A model generated the notes under the pieces. The model ran no database searches. It had not been told where the DNA came from and was given only the letters and a program-made list of their open reading frames with translations. Below are positions 27,407-41,967 of a stretch of 64,000 nucleotides of DNA, one piece after another (within the stretch, counting starts at the first letter, position 1; each line of letters opens with the position of its first letter). The DNA comes from Octopus vulgaris. Lineage: Eukaryota. Position numbers and translations under genes: made by a program. Location of the stretch: the NCBI GenBank assembly GCA_951406725.2, contig OX597827.1:68758001-68822000 (forward strand), written 5' to 3'.

Positions 27407-27626
<220 letters not shown>

Positions 27627-27731
27627 CTCTTATGCCGAACCGCAAAGTTACGGGGACGTAAACACACCACAATCGGTTGTCAAGTGATGTTGGGGGGACA
27701 AACACAGACACACAAACACACACATACATAT

Positions 27732-27880
27732 ATTAATTTATATTATTTAAATATGTAACAAAATTATTAAAAAATATAATTAATATCCCACTACGATCGT
27801 TTCCTGTCTGCTATCTTCAAATTTTTGAGTCGCAGTCATTTTTAATAATTTTGTTACATATTTAAATAATATAAATTAAT
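27732..27880. repeat. ~42-bp perfect AT-rich inverted repeat enclosing a hammerhead-like remnant
   Basis: Arms 27732-27773 and 27839-27880; spacer reads TTGAAGA...GAAACGATCGTA on the minus strand. Confidence 0.75.
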
Positions 27881-27924
27881 CATATGTATTGGCTTAAGTC
27901 TTTCATTGTTTGATTTGCCTAATA

Positions 27925-28015
27925 GTGGTCACCCATCTAAGAACTAACTAGGCTCGACGTTGCTTAACTTCGGTGATCGGACAAAAACCGGTGCTTTCAA
28001 CGTGATATGGCCGTA
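27925..28015 (-). pseudogene. 5S rRNA-derived copy, 3'-truncated
   Basis: Same 5' start (TACGGCC) beside (TA)n; ends after GATGGGTGACC. Confidence 0.88.
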
Positions 28016-28033
28016 TATATATATATATGTACA

Positions 28034-28076
<43 letters not shown>

Positions 28077-28083
28077 GTGTGTG

Positions 28084-28146
<63 letters not shown>

Positions 28147-28152
<6 letters not shown>

Positions 28153-28500
28153 TCTGTGGGAAGAAATGCTTGAGTCATGCAGGCCCGGTCAGCCATCATT
28201 GAACTCACAGGAATCGACCCATGGTAAATTGTGATACGACTATTGTTCACAACAGAACATGTGCCACCTGTGGAATGGTGTGTCTTTCAGTTGGAGGATT
28301 GATAAAGCATGCCAAAAGACTTCATACTGTGGGACAGGTTCCCCTCCGCCAGCCAGTACAGCCGTGCATTATGCAACAGAATGTGCAAACCTTTGCCTGG
28401 GGTCAAGAGTCATACAAGGGCCTCACATTGCATCATCAATGACTCATTTCAATGATTCTTTCTAGTAATGGCTTTGCTCATATACAAGAAGGCAGCTACT
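28147..28500 (+). mobile_element. Probable RTE-clade LINE 3' end with three decayed C2H2 motifs
   Basis: CVICGKKCLSHAGPVSHH*TH, CATCGMVCLSVGGLIKHAKRLH and (C)ALCNRMCKPLPGVKSHTRASH, with a stop and a frameshift. Confidence 0.55.
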
Positions 28501-28607
28501 ATGTGTGTATGTATATATATATATATATATTTGGGGTACTTAGTTGTGCTCATGACTTAGTGTTTGTCTCTTCCATGGGTATGAGTAAGTATCTCAGTTA
28601 CTTCTTT

Positions 28608-28673
28608 GCCATATGTATCACTGACGAAGGGAGGGTTCTTTTTGAACTAACCCTGAAATCGGTCCGATATGGT
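28608..28673 (+). ncRNA. Type I hammerhead ribozyme motif
   Basis: tatca CTGACGA AGGG..GTTC tttt GAAC..CCCT GAAA TCG GTC cgata; core intact, single mismatches in stems I and III. Confidence 0.65.
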
Positions 28674-28827
28674 AATAATGGAATTTTTTAGAGATTTCTG
28701 TCGACCCTTTTTCGAGTAGCGTGCGTACTGGGAAAAAAATTATATGGTAAATGGACAATATGTCCAATTTTCGGCATATTTGGCATTAGAAATTTTTTCA
28801 TTTGCCCTTATTTATAAGTTATATATA

Positions 28828-29128
28828 CATCACGTGACCGACCAGTCCATCAGATGTAGTTACACATCGCTGGTCACAATGCGTTCGCATTGTTTTAGCC
28901 TTCGAATGACGCCATCCCGCTGGCTAAATGAGCAGGCCAACAGAAGAAAGAGTGGGAGAAAGAGTGGTGAAAGAGTACAGCAGTCACCCCCCGCCCCTGC
29001 CGGAGCCTCGTGGAGCTTTTCAGGTGTTTTCGCTCAATAAACACTCACAACGCCCGGTCTGGGAATCAAAACCGCGATCCTACGACCGCGTGTCCGCTGC
29101 CCTAACCGCTGGGTCATTGCGCCTCCAC
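28828..29128 (-). mobile_element. SINE family C with a third type of 3' end (C3)
   Basis: C head and body up to CCACTCTTTCTCCCACTC, then an unrelated 3' region. Confidence 0.75.
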
Positions 29129-29552
29129 ATATGTATATATACATAATAATAATAATAATAATATTAGGGAGTATAACTCCAAACTTACAGGGAAAAGTTC
29201 AATTTAGTATTAAATCAAATTTCGCAGTATAAATATATAAAATATGAACAGAGATAAATACATATATACATATGTAGAGGGCTGTCCTTGTGGTCGTGTT
29301 TGGCATCCACCGCCGCATGACAACTAATGTTGGTGTGCTTGCGGTCCCATAACTTAGCGTTTAGCAAAGGGGGGCGATAGAACAAGCTCAAGGCTTTGAA
29401 AACATTAAGTACTGAAGAGGATGCATTCAGGTAAAGCTCTTCAAGGCGGAACCCCACGATGGCCATGGCTGGATCAAGTAAAAAGACAAAAATATAAGAC
29501 ATGAAAATATATGTGCATTGTACATATATATGTGTGTGTGTGTGTGTGCGTG

Positions 29553-29585
<33 letters not shown>

Positions 29586-29855
29586 GTATAATAACAATTT
29601 AATAAATAAAACATATGCATACATACATATATGTACATACCTACATCTATATGTATATATACATGCATATATATATATATATATATATGAGTACAGGACA
29701 CCACAAATAAACGTAGAACACAACGAGAAACGAAAACATACAATCATATATATATATATATATACACACATACATATATGCATACATAAAATTAATGTAA
29801 ACAGCAGGTTGCAATGTTTCACCAAAAGAAGAATTATAAGTCGTATTCATTGATA

Positions 29856-29934
<79 letters not shown>

Positions 29935-30116
29935 ATATCCTCGTTAGCGACAGCGCTTGACAAGAATTTAAAAGATCTGAAAGGTGTCGGACACTATTTT
30001 TCATTTAAAAACTATCCAGTTCATATTTATTTACATTCCGTCTGGTCACCCGGAGTTATATCCCTTCACTGCATAATCGCGCGCGCGCACACGCGTGTAT
30101 GCATACATATAAATAT

Positions 30117-30189
<73 letters not shown>

Positions 30190-30319
30190 GACGCGTTAAA
30201 AGTCTTACCATCTGTAAAGAACATATCACTTCCAAGTTTCAACCCTACTAACCCAGATTTTTTTTAAAGATTTGTGTCTTTTATTTTGTTTTAATTATAT
30301 AAAATTATTATCATTATTA

Positions 30320-30389
<70 letters not shown>

Positions 30390-30561
30390 CATCATTATTA
30401 TTATTTCTAATTAATTTGTTTACTATTTTCCGCTTGAGCACTTTTATGTAGATAAATAAATTAATACATGCTTATAAACATATATATATATACATATATA
30501 TATATACATACATGTATATGATAATTAAACAATAAACAATGCTTGTTGTTGTTGTTGTTGT

Positions 30562-30593
<32 letters not shown>

Positions 30594-30713
30594 TTGCTAG
30601 TAAAATCTCCAGACGATCCAACTGCGTTTTTCGCCATATTCTTTTTTTTACACTCACAAAAACAGAACCACATTTCACTTCTTGCTAAAGGGTGTGTGTG
30701 TGTACACGCGCGT

Positions 30714-30756
<43 letters not shown>

Positions 30757-30843
30757 TCTGCGTTTCTGTATGTCTGTGTGTGTCTCAATAAATTTTTTGC
30801 CAAGAATACAGTGAATTTTCTTACCATTTTTTAAATTTTATTT

Positions 30844-30887
<44 letters not shown>

Positions 30888-31117
30888 TTTCTTTGCTTCA
30901 CTGGTGAGGTGGTGGGAATGCCGATTTGGCTAAGAATCAAATCTAAAAAACAATAAATGAATAAAATAGCAAATACAATTGTTTTAAAAGCAAAAACAAA
31001 TAATTTTCTTTTAAAAAATAAACAAAGATTCTTCGAGAGCCACAACTTAAGACAACCAGTGGAACACATATAACCAAAATAAAAGCCAGCCGTTTTCTTC
31101 CATTTTAGTTCGTTGGC

Positions 31118-31195
<78 letters not shown>

Positions 31196-31424
31196 TCGTG
31201 TTGGGTTTCGTTGTTGTTGTTTTTGTTGTCATGTTTGGGTTTGTTTGTTTTGTTTTTTTGAGGGGTGGGGTACCTCATGGTGGCGGGATAATCTTTTGAC
31301 GATTCAGCCTTGATATTTCTGTTAGTGATATGTGTGTGTGTGTGTGTGTGTGTGTGCGTGAGAGAGAGAGAGAGAGAGAGAGAAAGAAAGAACGTGTGTG
31401 TGTGTGTGGGTATATGTACGTATG

Positions 31425-31465
<41 letters not shown>

Positions 31466-31475
31466 ATGGATGAAC

Positions 31476-31570
<95 letters not shown>

Positions 31571-31700
31571 TATGTATATATATATATATATATATAGACA
31601 TATAGACATATACAGAGAAAGAGGTTGAGGGAGAGCTAGCTAGATAGGCAACTACACATACACATGTATAAGTGTGGGCATATGTGTGTGTGTGTGATTG

Positions 31701-31746
<46 letters not shown>

Positions 31747-32158
31747 TAGGTAATATGTATATATGCATGTATGCATGAGTGTGTGTGTATGCGTGTGAGT
31801 ATGTGTGTGTATGTGTGTGTGTGTGAGTATGTGTGTGTATGTGTGTGTGCGTGTGTGTGTGTGTTCAGCATTCAGGCTAACAGACTTATATTTTACAGCT
31901 GCCTTTTTTCCACAACAATAAAATCATTCTCTTTGGCCTCCATCGTCCGTCTGATCCAAAAAAAAAAATTATATATTTAAAACAAAAACAAACAAAAAAA
32001 CATTAAAATGTAAATATACAAATAAAACAAGGAAAGAACGAAAGAACGAAAGAAAGAAAGATAGAGATGAAGGTAGAACAAAACTAATCAAAAACAACAT
32101 AAAGCCGACCATTCAGTACAATACGGCCTCTAAATGTTATCTGCACATATACCTGTTT

Positions 32159-32171
32159 CGCCGCCATTTTG
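32159..32171. promoter_or_regulatory. YY1-type motif GCCGCCATTTTG overlapping a candidate minus-strand start codon
   Basis: Matches the YY1 consensus; minus strand reads CAAA ATG GCG GCG AAA CAG|GTATAT. Confidence 0.3.
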
Positions 32172-32233
32172 GTTTTTCGCTTTCTTGTGTTTATATTTGA
32201 TTATTGCTGCTGTGGTCGCTGTTATTATTATTA

Positions 32234-32288
<55 letters not shown>

Positions 32289-32929
32289 GCCAGACTTTTG
32301 CAGACAACGCAGTAAAATCAGGAGTTTTTTTTTTAAAGTTTGTCTTTTTTTTTCGTCTAGTTTTGCTCTTTCTTTCTTTCTTTGCCATTCTCTGGCCAGA
32401 CAGACGATTTAGTAAGGTGGAAAAGAATGATAGTGGCGGTAGCTGGTGTTAGCGGTGGATTGTGGCATTGGTGGTGGTGGTGGTGGTGGTGGTGGTGGTG
32501 GGTGGTGATGGTGGTGGTGGTAGTGATAGCAGTGGCGGTGGTTGGAGTGGTGTTTGTAGTAACAGCGGTGTTAGCAATGGTGTTCGTTGTAATTGTTGCC
32601 GTCGGTGGTGGTGGTGGTGATGGTGGTGGTGGCGGTGGTGGTGGCGGTGGTGGTGGTGGTGGTGGTGGTGGTGGTGGTGGTGGTGGTGGTGGTGGTGGTG
32701 GTGGTGGTGGTGGTGGTATGTTTTTAATGTAAACAAGAGCAATTTCACCGACAACAGCAAAAACAACAACAACAACAACGTCGAAGAATAACAGCAATAA
32801 CTGCTTTTCAGAACTACTAAGATTCTTGTAAACTTTGGTGGAGACGATTAACACCACAACATCATCACTATATAACCCTCAATATGCATGTGCACCCACA
32901 TACACACACATATATGCATAAATACATAT

Positions 32930-33352
32930 AGGCGTAGGAGTGGCTGTGTGGTAAGTAGTTTGCTTACCAGTCACATGGTTCCGGGTTCAGTCCCACTGCG
33001 TGGTACCTTGGGCAAGTGTCTTCTACTATAGCCTCGGGCCGACCAAAGTCTTGTGAATGGATTTGGTAGACGGAAACTGAAAGAAGCCCGTCGTATATAT
33101 ATGTATGTATGTATGTGTATATATGCTTGTGTGTCTATGTTTGTGCCCCCAACATCGCTTGACAACCGATGCTGGTGTGTTTACGTCCCCGTAACTTAGC
33201 GGTTTGGCAAAAGAGACCCGATAGAATAAGTAAAAGGCTTACGAAGAATAAGTCCCGGGGTCGATTTGCTCGACTAAAGGCGGTGCTCCAGCGTGGCCAC
33301 AGTCAAATGACTGAAATAAGTAAAAGAGTAAAAGAGTAAAAGAGTAAAAGAG
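32930..33352 (+). mobile_element. SINE A, full length
   Basis: Complete head, internal microsatellite and (AGTAAAAG)n tail. Confidence 0.9.
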
Positions 33353-33505
33353 ATACATATATACATATATACATTTATACATATACATATATAAATACAT
33401 ATATTCGTGTGCGTACATATAAATATATGTACGTATATGTACATATATATGTATACGTGCAAATAAATTTGCATTATATGTATATAAAGGAATGTAGCAT
33501 ATGTA

Positions 33506-33560
<55 letters not shown>

Positions 33561-33833
33561 TACATAAACATATATATACATATAATAGATGCATATACCA
33601 GTATTAGATGATACATTTATACATATTCATTGTACAATTATATACAGATAAACGCCTTAACACACATGTTACATAGAAACATATACGCATTCAGTTATAC
33701 ATAAATAAACATTATGCATGGCAAATATACACAAGCACAGCCATATGTATGTGTACATATTAACCTACGCATGCACATGTTACTGATATATTAATGCATG
33801 CACACACACACACATTTGCTATTTCATCTGCAT

Positions 33834-33891
<58 letters not shown>

Positions 33892-34040
33892 CATAACGGC
33901 TATTTTTTCGACGCAGTTTATATCGCGTCTCCACACCCTTCTTTATTCCTTATTTAACCAATGATCTATCAGGATATTTGTCTGTGTATGAACCATCTGC
34001 ATACACAGACAAATATGGATATTTTGCTATCCATATATGT

Positions 34041-34171
<131 letters not shown>

Positions 34172-34173
34172 TA

Positions 34174-34224
<51 letters not shown>

Positions 34225-34915
34225 CATATATATACACATGCAGTCATACACGTAAATATGTATATACACGTATATACAAGTACGTACGTATATATGCACT
34301 CTTTTACTCTTTTACTTGTTTCAGTCATTTGACTGTGGCCATGCTGGAGCACCGCCTTTAGTCGAGCAAATCGGCCCCAGGACATATTCTTTGTAAGCCT
34401 AGTACTTACTCTATCGGTTTCTTTTGCCGAACTGCTAAGTTACGGGGACGTAAACACACCGGTATCGGTTGTCAATCTTCTAGCTGGTTGAGCACTCACT
34501 GTTTTTAAGCATTTTAAACTCCTGAAAAGGCGCATCAATCGTCGAGCGAGCGATTCCAGGGCGATTTTGTTTCGCCAAGCTCTGGAGCGTATTATGTTTA
34601 TATTTTTTAACACAGGTCTATAAAGAGAGTTCTTCCCGGACGAAAACTGCAGCCTCTGGCTTTTCAACGATGCATATAAACATGTCTTATAAATAAAGAT
34701 TTCAATCTAGAAATGCTTCTATTGCAAAATTCAAATTTTATTCAGCCTATGCGGCGCAATTTCATATCAGTATATTGTTTATAAACTGCTTCTATATACT
34801 TCAGGCTCGTCGATTCGACCTCGTTTCGTATTATGTTTTTTGTTTTAAAAAAGAAAACAAGAGAGTTTTTCCCTGGCGAAAACTGCAGCCTCTGGCTTTT
34901 TACCGATGCACATAC

Positions 34916-35243
34916 GATGCTCAAAATCTCTCGTGGAAGCGCCATCCAACCAAAATGCAAATATATGGGAAACTACCACCTGTGTTATCTCTTGTGAAAG
35001 GTAGGAGAGTCCAGTTTGCTGGACATTGTTGTAGCTGAAAAAGAGGTAATTTCTACTCTCCTCCTCTGGAAGCCATCTATTCGCAATGCCAGAGGGCGCA
35101 CACTCTCCTACCCTGATGTAATCTCCAGGGATACAGGCATCCAGCAACAGGACCTCTGTAATGCCATGATGGACCGTGAAGTCTGGCGTAGCATGGTAAA
35201 TTCCATTGTCTCGACCACGGTCGGACAATGATGATGATGATGA
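34916..35243 (+). mobile_element. RTE-clade LINE 3' fragment with (TGA)n tail
   Basis: NLSWKRHPT..IYG, RRVQFAGHC, LLLWKP..RGR, AMMDREVWR; tail tgatgatgatgatga. Confidence 0.85.
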
Positions 35244-35541
35244 AGCGTCTCTTATAAATAAGGACTTTTTATTCAGAGCTGCTTCTATTGCAAAGTTCGA
35301 ATTTTTTTCAGCCCATGCGGCGTTATTTCAAATCAGTATATTGTTTATAAACTACTTCAGACTCGCCGATTCGACCACGTTTCGGAAATGACACAAATGC
35401 ATGACACTGAAAAACTGCAAATGCAGCGAAATGTGCATCTGTCGCTTTCGTAGTCCCTTCCTCTGTGATTGTGATTTCAATTCTCCAAGCTCTGAAGCGT
35501 ATTGTGTGTGTCTGTGTAAGTGTGGTGGGAGGGGATATATT

Positions 35542-35582
<41 letters not shown>

Positions 35583-35746
35583 AATGCAATATGTCTCTGA
35601 CGAAAACTACAGCATCTGGTCTTTCAACGATGCACATATGTTAAGTATGTCCTATAGAAATAAATAGATTTAATAAATCTAGTACGCTCTGCATATCTCA
35701 GACACTGGCACGTTTTGAGGCATTGTGCATTTTTGGGGAGCATAAA

Positions 35747-35822
<76 letters not shown>

Positions 35823-36439
35823 GTATCTGTGTATGTGAGTGTGTGTGTGTTTGTGTGTATGTGTGTGTATATGTGTGCGGTGTGAGTTTGTGTGTATATG
35901 TGTGTATGTGTGTTCCATATGTAATGTATATGTCTGCAAGTAAGTACGTACGCGTGCGCTAGTGTATATTTAGTTGAAAATCTTAACATACTGGAAACAA
36001 CAGATATTGAATTAGATATTTTTATGCGATTCCATACAGACGTATTTTAATATAAATACTTATGCAATATTTCGTTTTGGGATTTGGTTTGCAAGATACT
36101 TTATATGAGTTCGTGTTTTGAAGCATATTCTGTTGTGTCTGGTGAGAATCATTCTGTTTTAGTACCTTATTATTTAACACACTCACCGGTTAAATTTCCA
36201 CTTATTTCTTATTTCTATTTTCCTTAAAATTTCCGTTGTGTCTTGAAACCTTTTCAATAGTCTTATAAGGCACAAAAATGAAAATGACTCTCCCCAGACT
36301 CAACAGAGTTATGCAATGGTAACGTGTTTAATTATATTTTATCGTTTACATTTTTTCAGTCATTGAATTGCGACCATTCTGGAGCACCGTCTTGATTAAT
36401 TCGCCACCAGTGCTTTATCTTTTATCTTATTTTATTCAT

Positions 36440-36490
<51 letters not shown>

Positions 36491-36607
36491 TTGAGAGTCT
36501 GGTACTTTTCCTATTGGTCATATATGCAGAACCGCTAATTTACGGAGACGTAAGCAAGCCAACACTATTTGGTTTGTCAAGCAGTGGCGGGGAATAAACA
36601 CAAATAG

Positions 36608-36672
<65 letters not shown>

Positions 36673-36804
36673 AACACACATACACACACACAAACACAAA
36701 GGCACTCACACACAGTCAATTCAAATAAACGAATAAAAAACGAATAAATTGGAAAAAAACGAATGTGTAGACGTACACAAGAACTGTGGTGATATATATA
36801 TATA

Positions 36805-36855
<51 letters not shown>

Positions 36856-36916
36856 CATATATATTTATATATATATATATATATATACATATAGATATAT
36901 ATACATATATATATAC

Positions 36917-36951
<35 letters not shown>

Positions 36952-37253
36952 TATCTATATACATAAAGTCAAAATGAGGGTGAAAAAATTGGATATTAAT
37001 TTAATAACATCAATGTAAACACCAGTGGCCTAGCGTATAAAAGACTGAGATTCAGTAAATATTATTAATACACAACTATGAGAGAGTGGATTCTCTCTCA
37101 TAGTTGTACATATATATACATATATACATTTATATTTATATATATATATAATATATATATACACACATATACATATGTGTATGCATGTATGTATACATAC
37201 ACACACACACATATTTATATATATGTATATATATATATATGTATGCATGCATG

Positions 37254-37287
<34 letters not shown>

Positions 37288-37593
37288 TGTATGTATGTAT
37301 GTATGTATGTATTTATGTATGTATGTATGTATGTATGTATGCATGTATGTATGTATCTATGTTTATGTGTGTGTGTGTCTGTGTTTGTGCCGTCCATCAC
37401 CATTTGGCAACCGGTGTTAGTGTGATTACGTCCCCATAACTTAGCAGTTCAGCGAAAAGGACCGATAGAATAAGTATTAGGCTTAAGAAATAAATCCTAG
37501 GGTCGATTCAGTCGACTAAAAACACTTCAAGGCAGTGCTACAACATGGCCGCTATCAAGTAAAAAAAAAAAAAAAGAATGTGTAATGTGTGTA

Positions 37594-37659
<66 letters not shown>

Positions 37660-38062
37660 ATTCGTCCATTTTAAAACTCGGCCATCGGATAGGAACAGCG
37701 CCAACAATACACAGAAATGAGTTGAAAGATGGAGAAAGGGCAACAAAGAAAATGAGAGAGATAGAGAGATGTACGTGAGTGAGTGAGTGAGAAAAAGAGG
37801 AAGGAAAAGAGAAAGAGGTGAGGAGGATGAAGAAGAAGAAAAGCATGAATACAAAGTCGTAGAGAAATGCATGAGGGCAGAGATAGATTAGAAACATAGA
37901 TAGACGTGTAGTGATAGACGGTTCTGGGGTGTAGTAGGGTGGTGGAAGTGTGCTAGTGATTAAATAAAAAGGTTGAGGATGTAAAGGGGGAGGGGTTTAG
38001 CGTACATGGATACGTTTACACACATATCTATCGGCTTGTATACATATATATTTATATATGTG

Positions 38063-38229
<167 letters not shown>

Positions 38230-38557
38230 GTGTGTGTGTGTGTATGTGTGTGTACTGTACTTTCATCTTTGCCTAAAGGCCGAGATATATATACAGATAC
38301 ATACAAACACACACACGCAGAGGCGTGGCTGTCTGGTAAGATGTTTGCTTCCCAACTACACGGTGGTTCCGGGTTCACTCCCACGGCGAGACACCTTGAG
38401 TAAGGGTTCTCTACTAAAGCCTCAGTCCGACCAAAGTCTTGTGAGGGGATTTAGGAAACGGAAACTGAAAGAAATTTATGTATACGTTTTAATTTATATA
38501 TATATGTTTTAATGTATGTTTTTTATGGGAAAATCCTTATGTATGTTTTCCTATATG

Positions 38558-38860
38558 TGGAGGCACACGGCATAGTGGTTAGAGCAGCGGACTCGCAGTC
38601 GAGGGATCGCGGGTCCGAATCTCAGACCGGGTGATGTGTGTGTTTATGAGCGAAACACCTAAGCTCCATGCGGCTCTGGCAGGAGGTAATGGCGAACTTC
38701 TGCTGACTCTTTCGCCACAACTTTCTCTCACTCTTTCCTCCTGCATCTTGCAGCTTACCTGCGACGGACCGGCGTCCCGTCCAGGTGGGGAACCTATATG
38801 CCAAGGAAACCGGGAAACCGACCCTTATGAGCCAGGCATGGCTCGAGAAGGAGCAAACAA
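38558..38860 (+). mobile_element. SINE family C2
   Basis: Near-identical to 17576-17872. Confidence 0.85.
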
Positions 38861-38893
38861 TTATGTACATACATACATACATACATACATACA

Positions 38894-38925
<32 letters not shown>

Positions 38926-38934
38926 CAAATTAAA

Positions 38935-39720
<786 letters not shown>

Positions 39721-39807
39721 AAGGACGAACCAAAAAAAAAAACAGAGTGCCTTCCTTCACAACCTTTACACAGCATCAAGTAGCTGGTCGGTCAAAATCA
39801 ATTTTAA

Positions 39808-40032
39808 CCCATTAAGTCCCAAGAGTACTTAACTTTTTGAATATTACTTTAAATGTTTTACAGATGATTGAAAATAGGTTAAAATGAAAAAAATTAATTA
39901 TTAAAACTCCTTTACTTCAAGTAGAAATGGAAATACTCAATGTCCTATAAATAGGACACTGAGACAATGTGATATAGCTTATTTAATGTTCTCATTTAGT
40001 GTCCTATTTATAGGACAGTGGGACTTAATGGG
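39808..40032. mobile_element. piggyBac-type MITE
   Basis: TTAA|CCCATTAAGTCCCA ... TGGGACTTAATGGG|TTAA; two internal palindromes tgtcctatwwataggaca. Confidence 0.88.
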
Positions 40033-40124
40033 TTAAACTAAGAGAAAAAGAACGCATACGTACATTATACGTCAATATATATTTGGTGTATATACTTTAG
40101 TCAACATTATTTTATTTACTCTCT

Positions 40125-40527
40125 CTTTGCTCTTTTACTTGTTTCAGTCATTTGACTGCGGCCATGCTGGAGCACCGCCTTTAGTCGAGCAAATCGACCC
40201 CGGGACTTATTCTTTTGTAAGCCCAGTACTTATTCTATCGGTCTCTTTTGCCGAACCGCTAAGTAACGGGGACGTAAACACACCAGCATCGGTTGTCAAG
40301 CAATGCTAGGGAGACAAACACAGAGACACACACATAAATACATACGCATATATATACATATATACGACGGGCTTCTTTCAGTTTCCGTCTACCAAATACA
40401 CTCACAAGGCTTTGGTCGGCCCGAGGCTATAGTAGAAGACACTTGCCCAAGGTGCCACGCAGTGGGACTGAACCCGGAACCATGTGGTTGGTAAACAAGC
40501 TACTTACCACACAGCCACTCCTGCGCC
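40125..40527 (-). mobile_element. SINE A, full length
   Basis: Near-consensus copy. Confidence 0.9.
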
Positions 40528-40858
40528 AAAATTTTGTTTTGATAAATGGCCGCTGTATATAACTGGTACAAATTTTAGCGACAGCCTACTCCCACAGCTT
40601 CCCTTCTTCGCTAACTATCATTTTTAATAGAAAGAGAAATCCTGCAGCATTACAAAAGCCAAACAGGGGCAGCTTTACAAAGCCAGTCAAGGGCAGGTTT
40701 ATAAAGCCAGTCAAGAGCGTACCGTTCGTTCTTCCTCATGAAGAAACTGCCATAATGAAATGTCACGCAACTGCCATGCTATTCAACCAGAACACCGTTG
40801 TATGGAAACAAATAACGCAACATTTGAACGACACGTCTTAAGAAGTGTGAGTAACAAT

Positions 40859-41254
40859 GGATGGATGGAAGCACTCCGTCGGTTACGACGACGAGGGTTC
40901 CGGTTGATCCGAATCAACGGAACAGCCTGCTCGTGAAATTAACGTGTAAGTGGCTGAGTACTCCACAGACACGTGTACCCTTAACGTAGTTCTCGGGGGA
41001 CATTCAGCGTGACACAGAGAGTGACAAGGCCGGCCCTTTGAAATACAGGTACAACAGAAATAGGAAGTAAGAGTGAGAGAAAGTTGTGGTGAAAGAGTAC
41101 AGCAGGGATCACCACCATCCCCTGCCGGAGCCTCGTGGAGCTTTTAGGTGTTTTCGCTCAATAAACACTCACAACGCCCGGTCTGGGAATCGAAACCGCG
41201 ATCCTATGACCGCGAGTCCGCTGCCCTAACCACTGGGCCATTGCGCCTCCCCAA
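40859..41254 (-). mobile_element. SINE C1 with 13-bp TSD
   Basis: TSD tgtgagtaacaat at 40846-40858 and 41255-41267. Confidence 0.92.
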
Positions 41255-41691
41255 TGTGAGTAACAATACACGAACTTGGAGAAGAATTTGTTTAGTTAGG
41301 TACATCCATAGACGCGCAACACCGGAATAGGAATCACCATAAATGTAACAAACGAAAACGGTGAACAAACATTAGAAGCCAAAGGTATAAAGACACAAAC
41401 GACAAAAAAATAGATTTGGAAACGCCCTTGTATTGCTAAATATGTATGAGAAAGAATCGTTAATACAAAATTTAATCCTTGCTGGATCTGTGCGCCATTC
41501 TTCGTTTCGCGCCATTTTGTTTGCTTACCGGATAATAAGAGGAATATATTAGTTGTTATAATAATGATGGAATTTCCATACGCCCAGTGCAAATACGCCC
41601 ACACAATTGGCGGTTTGAATAGCCACATACTTATTGTGACAAAGGTGGGTTGGGTGGGTTGGTGAAAAGAGACAGAGTTGGGTGGGTAGGC

Positions 41692-41725
<34 letters not shown>

Positions 41726-41744
41726 GTGATAGATAGATAGATAG

Positions 41745-41811
<67 letters not shown>

Positions 41812-41826
41812 CAGACAGAGAGAGCG

Positions 41827-41893
<67 letters not shown>

Positions 41894-41913
41894 GGGGGGA
41901 GAGAGAAAGAGAG

Positions 41914-41967
<54 letters not shown>

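Noticed and set aside
41300-41411. Plus-strand peptide TRNTGIGITINVTNENGEQTLEAK
   Set aside because: Short, with weak splice signals and no recognisable family.
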